Below, piece by piece: positions 50,700 to 64,000 of a stretch of 64,000 nucleotides of DNA. The notes below the pieces were generated by a model. That model did no database searches. It was not told the origin of the DNA and saw only the letters and a list, made by a program, of their open reading frames with translations. The stretch comes from Cenococcum geophilum (taxonomy: Eukaryota). A program made the position numbers and the translations under genes. Each line of letters begins with the position of its first letter. The stretch's first letter is position 1. The stretch is taken from the NCBI GenBank assembly GCA_050273025.1, contig CP158635.1, positions 8,804,001 to 8,868,000 of the forward strand. Reading direction: 5' to 3'.

Positions 50700-53270
50700 A
50701 CTATCTATACTTAGTTCCTCACTCTAACCTTATACTTTAGATTAGTATTACGTTATTAAAGCTTTATAGAGTAATAATACCAGTTACATCCAAGCCCGTT
50801 ACGCCAGCGCCTTTACTACCTTATAATAGTATAAACACTTCCCCTAGTAACCTAAGCTAAACGTATCTACATTATAGGCAGTCAGCGCAGCATCTTATAG
50901 TTAAAATGCTTATAGCCGTATTAAAGATAGTCTAAGTGGCCTAACCTCCTTTACCTCCTCTACCTCTTCTACCTTCCCCTATAAGTTTAGGGGTTAAAGA
51001 GATACCTAAAGTAAGAGGTTCTAAGGTTAAAGTTAAGGTGTTAAATAAGATGTATACTCGCGAAATCCCTAAAATATACTTAAAAATACGCTAATATAGC
51101 GTCTGCTATAGCTAGTATAAATAAAACTGCTAGTATAAGACTATAGAGACTTCGCTAGATACGTTAAGTAAGCGTAATATATATAATTAGTATATTTATA
51201 TCCTTTAGAAGAAATTTGGTCTGTTTTTTAGGTGCCTTTAAACATATTAACTTAAATACTAACTTTAAGCCAGAAAAGGATAAGAAAGACTACAGTATGT
51301 ACCTAAGTATAAATTTAGGAGAAGTAAGAGACGCCTTATAGGTGGTGCTAAACGGCGTATAAGCTATCTCTCTTTGGGAAGATAAGCCTATAGTAAGTGG
51401 ACCTTTTTATAGATATAGCTTATTCTAATTTAACTTCTAGATTCCTATAAACCTTATATTTAATTTCCTACCCTAGTTAAAAATATACTAGGAGAGTCTT
51501 TCTCCCAACTTAATTGGCGTTAAGCACCTTTAGGGGTTACTAAGATTCCTTAAAGACCATTTCGCGCCTATAACTAATAGTCTTCTACCGCTTCTAGACT
51601 ATGGCGAAATTAATTTTAATCTCCTTTGGGCCTTATTTAAACTAAATATGCACGTCCTTATGATTTGCGAAGGCTTAGATTAACTAAGATACCTTATATA
51701 TGATTTAGGCAACTTTAAAACCTTACTTTTTAGCAAAAAGAGCTTTAAACTTAACTATTACTATTTCGGCTATAATGGGAAGGCGTTTAATGAGGTAAAA
51801 ACCACCCTCTCTATTCCGGAATTCCGTTTAACTATAAAAATTATATCTTTTAAAGTATTTTCACTAGAGCGTTATAAGAGACAAGCTAAGATAAAGCAGA
51901 ATCTTATTAGTAATAGCCGGAAGTTTGTATCTTTAAGAGACATTAACCACCGTAAATATAAAGGGATCGCGTTTTTCTAGACTAAAGATAGCCTGTTAAG
52001 ATTTTCTATAAGCGGCCGCATTATAGTAGATATGATAGCATTTTATTGTTAGAATCTTAACTATAGTAAGTAGCTAATCGCTATAGATGCGTATGGAATA
52101 AGCGTAATTAATTAAGGGACTAATTAGCAAGGGGACGTAAAGAATTAAGGTTTAGTTCCTAAGGAGATAGGAGATAATAAGTACCTAATCTATTTACTAA
52201 CAGCCCTAGCCTTTAGTTTAGCAGATAAAAAATAGGGTTAGACTTTTTATATACTTTTTCTAGAGCTAGCGAATTATATATACTAATATAAGCACTAATA
52301 GGTGAATTTGCCGTCGCTAATATTAAGGATATTAAATCGAATGCCTTAGCATTCAAGTCACTCGTAATTAAGGAGGATAAGAAAATAGTGCTTTAAGGAC
52401 TTATAAAGAGCTACTAGTCTAGGTCCGGGAAATTAAAGTTTAATAATATAATTAAAGGGAAGGGGAAAGCCCTAGTTTTTTTGCTATAGTAAGTTTTTTA
52501 GTAAGGCATTGGCTGTTTTAAAGGCTAACCGTTTTAGTAGCCCACCTAGGGTAGGAAAGACATTAACAGCTAAAGCACTTGCCGAATCTTAGAGGAGACC
52601 CCTCTATATGGTTTATTCCCCTTTATAAATATATTTATATACCAGTTTAACTATAATAAGGCTTATACGGGAGACCTTAATATAGATCTAGCCTATTTAG
52701 AATAAAACCTAGCTCTAATAGTTAAGAACGTTTACCGCTAGAGCGCTATCCTTCTTCTAAATAAGGCCGATGTCTTTCTTATAGAAAGAACTTTAAATAA
52801 TATCCAACGTAATAGCCTAGTATCCATTTCCTATAATAGATGGAGTATTTCTAAGGCATTATATTTCTTATAATAAACAGGATTACCGTATTTAATGCAG
52901 CTATATAGAGCAGAATATATCTTATACTTAGATATAATGAGCTAAAGAGACCGGCAAGAGAAGGTATAGAAGACCTTCCTAAAGCAAGCCGATGCTGCTG
53001 CTAATATCTTTAAAAAAAGATATAGAGCGGCTTTTGGACTATTAATTAAACGGAAGATAGGTAAGGCAATATTCGAGAAAGAGTTTTAAGGCTAGTGCTA
53101 ATATACTATATTAAATTAAGAACACTATATAAATTAGTTATAGCTTAGCTAGGAGTAAGGGGGACAAACTTATATATAAGCATTTAGGCAAGGCCCTTAC
53201 TTTAAATTAAGATTTTAAAAGTGACTTTAAAGGTACTAGATTAGTTAAAAATATAAACTTATATGCATAG
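50700..53270 (+). pseudogene. Fungal AAA+ ATPase, intron-containing
   Basis: IEGKGKALVFLLH[intron]GPPGVGKTLTAEALAE (Walker A, ~52540), AILLLDEADVFL.ER (Walker B, ~52750), RNSLVSIF, MEYFQGIMFLTTNR, FDAAMQSRIHL; start approximate. Confidence 0.9.
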
Positions 53271-53429
53271 ATTCGCTTACATACATATAGCATTAAATAT
53301 CTTATAAATCTTATAGCTATAGCATTATTACTTACTGCTTTCTTAAAATTACTTACTTACTCCTATAATAATAAGGCCTATATAGTAGGCTATAGCGCGG
53401 GCGAATTGCTTATAATTCGGAAATAGGAG

Positions 53430-53992
53430 AACGGAAGCTGTAGGGCATTAGTTTCTATAAGGAATTAAAAGATATAAGGTAATAAAGAAGGTGGGTATTA
53501 ATCCCTGTAAAGAACTATAAGCTATAAGAGATTAGTTTCTGTAGGGGAGTAGAAGAAATCGCCATTAGTTTCTATAGGGGAGTAAAAGCTATATAGGAGT
53601 AGGAGCTATAGGGTATAGTTCTTACAGGGTAGTAGAAGATATGGTTACTATATATAGGAATGGAATTTATAGGGGATTTATTCTATAGTAGAAGACGTAG
53701 CTAATAGTTTTTATAAGGGAGTAAAAGCCGTAGGGGAATATAAGCTATAGGGGATTAGTTCCCATAGGGCGGTAGAATACGTAGGCATTAGCGCCTGTAG
53801 GGGATTTATTAGCGTAGGGGATTTATTAGTATAGGGGATTTGTTAGAGTAGGGGACTTAATCCTATAGGGAATTTTTTAGAGTAGGGGACTGGTTCCTAT
53901 AGGGCGGCAAAACACATAGGCATTAGCTCCCGTAGGGGATTTATTTAAGTAAGGGACTTATTTAAGTAGGGGATTGGTTAGAGTAGGGGGTT
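53430..53992. repeat. Degenerate ~17-bp gtaggggat-core array with a ~135-bp higher-order duplication
   Basis: gtaggggatttattagc units; 53750-53855 is duplicated at 53884-53990. Confidence 0.8.
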
Positions 53993-54299
53993 AATTCTCC
54001 TATAGCCTCTATTTAGGCGGTATAAGGCAGCTTCTAATAGGCTAGAAAGTAGGTTACCTATTTTATAGAAATTTAAAGCCTATATAGAATAGTAGGGTAT
54101 AGGGGCCTAATAATCTAGCGAAAGATTGGGTTATCTGCTTTTCTAGGTTTATTTAGCTTAGGTGACTTACCCTACGCTATTTTATATACGTTTTAACTAA
54201 GGCTACTTCCTAGCCCTAGCCGCCTAAATCTTTGCAAAACTTTATCTTATATAGTGGAAGAATATAGAAAAATAAAATGTTATTTTATATACTCTGCTA

Positions 54300-56420
54300 A
54301 CACCTCTAGATCCTTTTATGCTTATTAGAGAATCTCTTTTATCTAGAAATAAAGCGCCCTATTTTCCTTCTCCCACCTTTTATCTATTAGGAAAACTACC
54401 TTCCACAGCCTATTAACCTACGGCTTTAGCGGTTAGTAGTAGGGTGTAAATACCTTAGCTATACGGTTAAGAAAGTGGCCTTCTCTACTTACTAGCCCTA
54501 ATTTTAACTCAGTTAGCTTTATACTATTCTTATAGTTCTAATACTTAAACTTAGTTAGACCGATATCTTTACCTAGCCCGTTATAGTATATATATATCTA
54601 GAAAAGCACCTAAAAGAACAGCTCTAGATTATGCCTAAATAAGTATTTCTTACTAAAAAGCACTCTAATTGCTATAAACGCTCTTATGCTAGTCTTGCCC
54701 CGTGCTCCTAAAGATCCTTCTTACTTCTCTTTAATTGCAAGATTGAAGTTAATTAAGAATGCCGGCTAAGAAGGATTATTGTCTTCCTTGTTTATTATAA
54801 GGTTGCCTATTAAAATGTTATATTAGATAATGCCGGCCTACGTATATAAAGACTTATATCCTTTAATGCCACCCTTTAGTGCAGTAAGTATTATAGCCCA
54901 AGAGCTTGCCTTATAAAGAGGCTTTTTATAATTACTAGTAATAACACATTAATATACGCAATTCTGCTTAATAGGGCGCTTAGTTAGAGAGGTTAAATAT
55001 AGGCGCTTGCCGGGCGGTAATGGGGCGCTATAACTAGAAGACCTCTTTCTGCTAGAACTTTAACCTTTTCTTATACTGCCTTACACTCCAGCTAGTCTTA
55101 GAGGCATTATTAAGCCTTCTAGCTTATAGTTTATCGCTTTAGTAATATCTAACCCCTTATAGATATTAAAGATATTATTATCTTGTCTACCTATATAAAT
55201 AGTCCCATAGTAATAGTACCTAGCTATATTAACTACTCCTTTCTCTACTACCTTATATAGTAGTTTGCCTTCTTCCTCGCGCTCTAGGTACTACTATAAG
55301 TCTTTAATAATAAGGGGTATTTTAGAGGTATCCCCCTTATGGTATACTTTCTAGCAAGTAGTTGCTTAGCTAGTAATACAGCATGCCTATTTTATAAGTT
55401 CGTTAAGGATAAAACACTTAGTCTAATTATTACGCACAACTTTAATATATCGTTTGCTATTTAATATTAGAATAGTAGGGTTAAACCTAAGCTGCTTTTT
55501 ATTTATCTAGAGAAATCCTAACATTGCTTTAGTAAATTATAGTCCGTCTTTATTAATATTAAATAGTAATAATACGATGCCTCCTACCTAGTTATACTCC
55601 TATAGCTATATAATAAATCTATAAAGGGTAAAGCCTAGAATAAAGCGATAAGTGTTCTAAGTGGTAAAGACTTCTTTTATATATTTTCCTAAATTAAACT
55701 ATGCCTATAAGGCTATATTAGTGTTTAGATTACTCTTTAGCTCTCTTAGTATAAGTATATACGACTAATAGCATTAAGAGCTTTTGCTAGCTATTAGATT
55801 ATCCATAAAACTAATATTTAGCTTTTGCTTTACTATAAACCCTTATAAAGGCTGCTTAGTATATACGATAAGCGTTTATTATATCTTTAGGGCGGACCTA
55901 TACTCCTCTATAAAGCCTAAAAATAATTTAATTAGGTTATTAAACCACTCTAGGATATTATCTTACTCTACACTTTTAGGCCAGTTATACCAGCCGCCCT
56001 TAGCGTATAGTAGATTGTCCCCTTCCTTACATTTTTTAAAAACGGTAGCGCTTACCTCTTTAAGACCTTCTACTCCCCTAAAGAATGCTTTATATAATCC
56101 AGGAATCCCTATATAAAGAGGGCCTAGCTCTTCCTTTAGAACATAATCCACATATTTCCTATATTTAGACGAGTTAGTAAAGCTGCTTATATTACGCAGA
56201 TATGGGGTTTATTAAATATAGAATAGCAGTAGTTAGGGGGGAGGCGTAGACTTTATAATAGTAGCGTACACCTTTTTCTAAATAACTTCGTTAGATTTAA
56301 TCCGGAGGATTGTATTTAAAAGAGGCAGGAACCGTTTAACGTTAAAGTCGTTAAAATTAACTGCTAAATTAAGTCTTAACAGATTACTAAGGAGGTTTTT
56401 ATTGCCGCAGTTAGATAGTA
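54300..56420 (-). pseudogene. Fungal-type protein kinase (FunK1 / Pkinase_fungal)
   Basis: De-RIPped LWEYDRVGGIAS.PFDINKDGLQF, LGFDPTI, GRATTCWKAY, LVIKDSWQYPEREEEG, AGIIQCDISTGNLM, FLIDFDLA, GKTGTRAFMAIGVL, HDLESFFWVLFWICIHY; ends approximate. Confidence 0.9.
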
Positions 56421-57329
56421 ATAAATAAGAAGTAGAAAGGCTCTATAAAGTAAGTATTAAATTAAGCAAAATATCCTTTAGTCCTATAAGCGTTAGATAA
56501 AAACCTATAATAGATCTATTAATAGTTACCTTTATTACCTATCTAGTGTAACGAGTTTAAAGAGCTAGGGATGCCCAGATCCTAATAAGTTAAGTTAAAT
56601 AAATTATAAAAGTTATTTAGCCCTTCCTTAATAGGCTTTATTTTTAATCTAAAGAGATTCGCTATTGTGGGTAGGCGCACTAAGAGCTACGTCGGGAGGG
56701 CTAATATAGCAGGTGGGTAGGCAAGTAAGGGGGGATTAAAGAGACCAGCATATAAGGATGGTATAATAGTAGAGAAGTAAATAAGTATAGGGAGGTTAAA
56801 TATACGTTAGGCGCGTCTTAAAATAAGGGAATAGCGAAAGAGGAAAGTATAAGGGAAAAAGTAAAGTGCGAGCGGAACACGAGGAGGATTTAAAGGTTAG
56901 GTGTAAAAAAGTTAAGCTAATCTAACGTGGCTTAGACTAAGGCTTTATAGGGCTTAGTTAAATACTAAGCTATAATAACCTAAAGTATAGGAATATTATT
57001 TATAGTCTTAGTTGTATAGGTTAAAAATATAGTGCGTATATAGGGTTCCGGTATTATTAAAAAGTTATAGGCAGTATTTATTAGTAATTATAGTTATTGG
57101 CTTTTAGTTTATTCCGTAACGCGTAAGGCTTAAATAAAGTAAGGCTCTAATATAGCGATGCTAAAAGGCACTAGGTAAGGTACAGCTAGCGACAATAGGT
57201 TAATTATTAGGTTAGTTGTATAAGTACCTATAATTAATTACATGGCTAATCCTAAAATGAGCTAAACCTAATATACTAAATATAGATATAGCTAACCCTA
57301 TTTTATAGCGCTTAATTGACCTATTTCCT

Positions 57330-57640
57330 ATAACTAGGATCTAGTTCTTAAAACCAGATCCTTTTTTAGGATCGCGCCCTTTTTATAGTAGTTAATTAGT
57401 CTACTTTATAAACCTAAATTAGAATCTTAGTTTTAGAATTAGATTCTATTCCTAAAATTATAACTTAAGCTATAACTAAAAATAGCTCCTCTCTTTCAAA
57501 ACCGTTAAACCGCTTAGCTTAACGCTATACCCTTTTAGCTATATTTAGTACGTTTAGCTTAAAATTAGAATAAAATAGAGTCTTTAAAATTAGATCTAGT
57601 TCTTAGAATAAGATCCTATTTTTAAAGTTATAACTTAGGC
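57330..57640. repeat. Three degenerate copies of a ~50-bp unit (tagatctagttcttagaat..gatcctattt..tataacttag)
   Basis: Visible at ~57335, ~57418 and ~57588. Confidence 0.6.
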
Positions 57641-57979
57641 CAATATTAAGAGAGATATTCTATATTTATTCTTAATATTCCCACCTTATTAATATAAAAT
57701 TTAAAGTTAACCTATACCCTAGTTACCTATAAAAACGCTAAAGACTTTAATACCTTAACTTTAATTCTTTATAGAGGATCAAGCGAGTTACGGGGTAGCT
57801 AACTTATCGCTACTAAGCATATAAAGGTGGAGGACTTTACTATAAGCGAGTTCTTAACTTTAATTTAATATATATGCAAATAATAATAAGATACTCTTAA
57901 TATAAAAGCAACTAAATAGAAAAACAATACTAAGCTAAAGAAATCCTAATTGGCGCCTTAATTCTTAACACCAGAAAAT

Positions 57980-59045
57980 AAGAATATAATTACGAAAATC
58001 TTTTCTTATAAGAAATTTCTTATTTCTTTAGCTTCTTAAAGGCTCTATCTACGGTATAATCTACCTTTCTTTTACGTGTCTCTCTTCTTAATAGATCTAA
58101 ATAATTATCTAGCGCCTCTTCTAGTTAGTCTCTTTACTTATATAGTTTACCCTTCTAAGCTATCTCTATTATAATATCTTTAAGCAGTTTATATATCCTA
58201 GTATAACGATAGAGGTAATGTGGGTTCTTAGTATAATATAATATAAGTTTCTTATACGGTATACCCGCGGGTAAAACCTAGGTAGGATACTAGTATACTA
58301 CTATAATAGGACTATATATAGATACAACTGATCTATATTTAGGGTTTTAGAAACGCTTTAAGTCCTCTATTATATAGTAAGTTAGCAACTACAATAAGAG
58401 ATACTTTAGTTATCCGTCTAAAATTATAGTATCGGAAATTATTAATACTTTAGAGGGGAGATATATCTCTAAGGAAGTTTATATAATTAGCTAAACTATT
58501 CTCTACTTAACTATTAGTATTGCTAAAAAATATATAGGTATTTTATAAATATACCTGGAGGTACTAGCAAACCTTTAATATGGCCCTCTTTTAGTTAAGG
58601 TAAGTCTATTTTAGCCTCGCTATGGCTCTCTATTAGCTTAGGTAAGACTATTTTAGTTTTACTGCGGCCTTTTAGGCTCTTAAGGTAATTAACGTATATT
58701 TCCGTATCCTCTTATATATTACCCTCCGTATTATCGTTAATTTTATAAGAGTTAACCTTATTAGGTGTTTAAGTAGGCGTATAAGGTATCTATTTCTATA
58801 TAGGGTCGGAAAGCTATAATTATTTCCTCTCCCTGCTAGCAGATGCTATATTTTTGTTATTAATGCGATTTTAAAATAATTTAAGGTTTCTAGTAAGTTA
58901 ATAAACAGGTATATTATCTTTAGGGCAATAGCATATTATAATATTTTTATAAGTACCGATTAAGGACCTATAGGTTATATTAGCAACGTATTTAAGCTTA
59001 GTTAAGGTAATATATATAATATCTAGTATTCTTATAGAGATATTA
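57980..59045 (-). pseudogene. RIP-degraded gene of unknown function with one intron
   Basis: Coherent minus frame with an acidic N-terminal part; intron at ~58510-58555. Confidence 0.4.
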
Positions 59046-59299
59046 AGGGATATATAGTTAAGAGGTTAAATTTAAAGGTAAGTTAAATTAATAGTATATA
59101 AAAACTAGGAGTATAATATTTATATTCCATTCCTCTCTTAGGGCGGAGTTAGGACAGAAGGTAGAAGGGAAAGGCGGAGTATACTAGCCGCCCTTTTCTA
59201 CTTTATATAGTGTCTATAGTACAATATTTAGTAGCTGTAATTACTCTTAGCTTATATATCGTCTGCGCCCGAGATTATAGGTACCTAAAGTAATCTACA

Positions 59300-60060
59300 A
59301 GGCATTATTAGGGGTAGCTATTGGCTAAGCTGCTACTAAACTTAAATAGCTAACGATCCCTAACGGACGCCGTATACCTTAGTAGGGTTTAGAAGCGTTT
59401 GTATAAAGTTATAAACTAGAATTAAAAGTTAACAATAACCCCTAATAACGCCTCTTTTAGCAGAAATAGCATTATATAATCTACTTTTAACGCCTATCCT
59501 TCCCGGGGTAAGATACTGCCTAAGTAGTAAACTTATCCTAGCCAGTTAATCTTATATATTAACCCCCTTATCTATAGTAAAGGAGCTATTAGTACCTCTA
59601 GGGTAGTTTAATTGCTATTCTAGCTAAGCCCTTTATAAGCGCTCCGCCTTATATAGGTAGTAATTAACTTTTATTAATCTACCTTGCATTAGGGGAGATC
59701 TTTTATTTAAGGTGCTAAGCAGCCGGTACTTAGAGGTCTATAGACATATTCTATATCCTAACAACATTAACTATAATTTCTCCTTAAGTAATATCTGTAA
59801 CCCTAAGTACCTACAAGCGCAGCGTCCCTAAATTGTTAGCTAGTAAGTAGGCGTTTATAGATAGAGAAACCGACTTTAAAGATGACGGTAATGTAGAGGC
59901 GTTAACTAGTTAGGAAAGTAACTTTAGTAATAAGGATTAAGAATAGGACGCAGAGATATTATATAACAGAGAAAATAGTTTTAGCACTAAAGATTAAAAA
60001 ATAGGGGTAGATAGTAATAAAGAGATATTAAGCGATAAGGCTATATAGGCGACGGTTAGA
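59300..60060 (+). pseudogene. RIP-degraded gene of unknown function with an acidic C-terminus
   Basis: Single frame with only RIP-type stops; divergent from the previous gene. Confidence 0.35.
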
Positions 60061-60699
60061 TACAGTGGCCTTAGCTTTATAGTCTTAAATCTATAAGTAT
60101 AAGATATAAATATAAAGAAGATTTCTAATAAAAGCTAGTAAAAGGGTTAAAACTTTAGCTACTTTTTATTTAGCCTATCGCGAAATAAAATAATATTTTA
60201 CTATTCCTACTAGAGTCTTTACCTGCTTGACTTATAGCGAGCTATAAAGTATTTATAATAATCTATACTTTTACTTAGATAAATTTATTTACTACCTTAA
60301 AAGTAATAATAGAAGGAAAATCTATATTAATAACCTAGGATTTTTTGAATTTCTTATAGACCTGGGACGTATACTACCTTAGTAACTATTAGTTGTGTTT
60401 AAGACTATAGTACTTATAAATTTATATCTTAAGGATATAAATATATTTTTTTATAGTGTTTTCTTTTTATTTAAATTATTTCTCTACTTATAGTATATAG
60501 CGGTCGTTTATCTATTCCGGTATAGTAGGGAGGGGTAGTTAGATTACGCGAGAGGGCTTAAACTTATGGTTATGCTTATAGGGCTGTTTATATAGGAACT
60601 TCTTTAATATTTCTAGATTTAGGACTTATATATTTCTTTTTTTTATAATTCTAGTATTTTCCTAATATTTGCTTTCTATTTATATACTAGGCATTAATA

Positions 60700-61380
60700 A
60701 AGGGCGCTAGGTTAGATCACCCTACTTATATAATCACTCTACTTATATAATTACTCTACTTGCACAATTGCCCAGCTCGCATAATTACCTAGTTTGCACG
60801 ATTACCTAGCTTGTATAATTACCTAGCTCGTATAATTACCTAGCTCGCATAATTACCCAGTTCGCACGATTGCCCAGCTTGTATAATTACCTAGCTCGTA
60901 GGATTACCTAGCTCCTATAAGCACTATGCTCGCACGGTTACCTAGCTCGCATAATTATCTAACTCGTAAGATCGCCTAGCTCCCACAAGCATCTAGCTCG
61001 CACGATTACCTAGTTTACACAATCGCCCAGCTCGCACAATTACCTAGCTTATAGGATTTCCCAGCTCCTACGAGCACTATGCTTGTACGATTACCTAGCT
61101 TGTAGGATTGGCTAGCTCCTATAAGCATTCAGCTTATACAATCGCCTAGCTTGTAGGATTAAAGCCGCGAAGTTATTAAACCTATTAATACCCTATTTAT
61201 ACGCTAGGTATTAATTAGAGGGCGCTAGGTTAGACTATTATACTTGTACAATTACCTACCTTATAGGATCCCCTAGCTCCTACGACCTCCTAGCTTATAA
61301 AACTAAAGCCGCAGCCGTTAAATCCGTTAAGACCCTAGCTACACATTTAGAGGGCGCTACGCCTAACTACCTAGCTCGCT
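60700..61380. repeat. 20-bp minisatellite (gctcgcacaattgcccagct-type) in a higher-order repeat
   Basis: ~21 units at 60720-61160, then ~4 units at 61240-61300, each block led by gggcgctaggttaga and closed by taaagccgc. Confidence 0.92.
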
Positions 61381-62989
61381 CTTTTTATAGAATTCCTTAA
61401 TTAATTAATAGTGCCTATTCGGAAAATGTTTCCCAATCTCTCTCTATAACAGAAATTTCTTATTACGCAATTCTACGAGGAGATTCTCTTCCTTAACTGT
61501 CTATGCCGGCTTATTAACGCGAAAAATAACGTTATAATGGCGCTGGTATGCACCCCATGTTCTCCCTAGTAGAGCTTTTATAATATTATCCTATAATAAA
61601 ACTATAAGTAATACCTAGTGACCTAGCTCTATAAGGGTATTATCTTCATTAGGTATCCATACGCTGGTTTTAGGCTTTAGCTCCTATAAGCCTATATTTA
61701 TAATAACAATCTTTAAAAAAATATTAGTAAAGCTATTAGAAGTTATATCTAAGAAAAGAAACTAACTGGCGATATACGCTAAAACTCTATATCTAGGTTA
61801 TAGTGTTATAAGCAATCCTATATATTACTTAACCTAGTAAATATAAGTAATATATAGCCCTAGTAGGATAAGGCATAAGATATATATAGTTAGGTACATC
61901 TCTGAAATTTAAGCTAGTAAATGCGGTACCTATTTAGTAATATTTATAAATAAAAACCGCTCCTGCCTTAAATAGTATATAATAGCTTTATCTTCCTTTG
62001 TCTATTTACCGCTTACTCTAGTATTAAGAAAAAGGCTATAATATTTCTACTTATAACCTAATATTAGTCTATTAAGTTTAGACAAAATACTATCCTAACC
62101 ATTACCATCCTTAAAAGTCGTGTTTATTAACTTAGATTGTTTATTAATTAACTAAGACCCATATACGGATGCTAAGGGCCCATTATTTATATAAAGGCCA
62201 GTTAAGTTACACCTTATAAAGTATTAGTAGAGTTTTACCAGGGAAAGACTAATAGTGTAAACTAATAGTCTAGGTGGTTTTTAGAGAGCTAAGTTAATTA
62301 ATATTAAGCGGGTAATTGGTGCTAGTAGCTCTGGATTAACTATTATTAATAAGACCCTTGCTAAACGCTAGACTAGTTACTCTCCTTAACTTATTAGGAA
62401 TATCTATAAAGTAAGCTTCGTTATCTAAATTAATAGGTTTTATTAACATTAAAAATAATAGTAATAGATTGCATTACTAGAGCGATTAATTAAAGTGTAT
62501 CTTATATTAAAACTGTAATAGGTATAGTAGGAGCGTTGGCAGTAATTAGGAGGATATTTAGCGGAACGTACCTATTTAATAAAGTACTAGGCGGCTGATA
62601 AATATAATAACGCCACCGGTATGGCTCCTCCTTAATGCACAAGCGCTGCAATTTTAAGAATTTAAGGCGTATATATATAAATTTACACTATAGTGTAAGC
62701 AGATTTATACAGAGACTAGAGGACCAATCTTAATTATATACTGAAATCTTAACTCTAAGCTAAATATAAATAACTACTATTAAAGTCCATAATATTAACG
62801 AGTTAATATAGCTAACTAAATTTAACGGAATATAGTAAGTTTTATGATAAAGTAGGGTAATTATTATAGGCTTATAACAAAGAGCGAGATATAAAGCTAG
62901 AATAAGCCCTTTAGAACGTAAAAAGAACTAGTAAGCCGATTAAAGGCAAATATAGGGTTAGGGTACTTAGAGAGGCACTAAATAGTATT

Positions 62990-63530
62990 ATTATGCAGAA
63001 GGCGGAAGCGGAGATTAGTGGCGTTAGCCGGTTTTATATTGCTAGCGGTTAATTAGGTTAACGTAGTTAATATAATTAATAGGGTTAACGGAGTTGATGG
63101 GGTTAATAGCCCCGCCTTAGTAGGCGGCACTCGCCTAGCGACACCAAACTTCTTATTTTAACGCCACTACGTATAATAAGTCTTACTACTAGGTCTAAAG
63201 CTAGTAATATATAAGCTGTTGCCGGATATTCCAAAACTTAATAAAAGCAGTTTCTGGTAAGTAGGGATATAAGTATAGCCTTAACTTTTAATAATAAAGA
63301 TCGGCAGATACTTATATAGGAGGAAGCTAAATAACTTCGCTTATTATATCTAACACGCTTTACTTAGTTTAAGATTCCTATAGACAAATAGAAGGAGCTT
63401 CTAGAGCGTTTAAATAACCTACTAGCGGCTAAGAATATACCTAAGGTAGCTACTAAAGTCCTTAATTAGCGTATAGTATAAGCCGTTAAAAAAGCCTATT
63501 GTTAGTTCCACTATATTACGGCTAAGACAC
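62990..63530 (+). pseudogene. RIP-degraded gene fragment of unknown function
   Basis: De-RIPped FLVSRDMSIALDFDNEDRQILMREEAK..IPEVATEVLDWRMAQAVKK. Confidence 0.35.
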
Positions 63531-64000
63531 TTATACTAATTTATGTTTAGCTTTATTAAATATAGCGCCTAGGGAGGAAGTAAGCGAATTAAGTTAATTA
63601 ACTAATTGACCCTAGGCATTAACTAAGCTATATAACCCTATAAGAGATATAGGATAAGTGACCTATATATTATAGGCCCTATAAGGTATAAGAGTAGGAC
63701 TAATAGAGGGATATTACTTAGAAAAGTTGTTTTAGTTTTCTAAGTGGTTTATATATTAACGCTAGTAGCGCCCCCGCTTTTAAGTCTTCTTACTTAAAGA
63801 GGCTTATTTATACCAGACTTTATTAAAGATATTAGGCTTTTAAAGGGTTAATAGGGAGGTAAAAAGCTAGATAGAAAACGTTTACGTTAGTGTTAGTTTA
63901 TGCTTAGTGTTAAGACCGATACTATAGAAACCGGCAAATTTACTTAGCGATCTTAACTATTAAGTATTTTTATTCCCTAAGCTACTTCTTAAGCCTATTA

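Noticed and set aside
55784..56116. 110-aa plus-strand ORF
   Set aside because: Antisense shadow of the FunK1 pseudogene; the 55963-56151 minus ORF is a fragment of that pseudogene
60720..61160. CRISPR-like appearance of the 20-bp array (also the 27-bp array at 29535)
   Set aside because: Units are contiguous with no unique spacers, there are no cas genes, and the context is eukaryotic
1..64000. Alternative genetic code or organellar origin to explain in-frame TAA/TAG
   Set aside because: Stops coincide with CAA/CAG/TGG positions and are accompanied by missense C>T and G>A changes that differ between repeat copies, which is the RIP signature
43511..64000. Starship captain (DUF3435) or Helitron helicase
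   Set aside because: No recognisable motifs found by eye; cannot be excluded without a profile search

Overview
Eukaryotic DNA, almost certainly from a filamentous ascomycete: an AT-rich repeat graveyard mutated by repeat-induced point mutation (RIP). CpA/TpG is strongly depleted, TpA is in excess, and every reading frame is peppered with TAA/TAG stops derived from Gln/Trp codons. There is no intact protein-coding gene, and the supplied ORFs are mostly artefacts. Peptides quoted below are my manual translations with RIP changes reverted, so they are partly inferred. Positions 1-43.5 kb are a nest of transposons that can be resolved by target-site duplications (TSDs). It holds three families of chromodomain Ty3/Gypsy LTR retrotransposons: A (3' part, 1-3754), B (three copies: 5610-30073, 33348-43510 truncated, 34707-43297) and C (12361-17903, minus strand, integrase core deleted). 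It also holds an un-RIPped solo LTR, an ORF1-only LINE derivative with TSD and A-tail, two TA-TSD MITEs and a Tc1-like element. The most unusual element is an 8.9-kb TIR transposon (21027-29959) with a TA TSD but a Mutator-like (DD-CxxH-E), intron-rich transposase, a convergent second gene and many internal repeats. All three Gypsy families carry a spliced antisense Cys-rich gene before the 3' LTR. Families B and C show Tf1-type self-priming complementarity, with compensatory changes among the B copies. The backbone these elements landed in (3.8-5.6 kb, 30.1-33.3 kb, 43.5-64 kb) is a run of RIP-destroyed genes (Myb/SANT, AAA+ ATPase, FunK1 kinase, a possible dsRBD protein, unknowns) separated by minisatellites. 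This suggests the relic of a large duplicated cargo-carrying element, but no captain recombinase is visible in the window.
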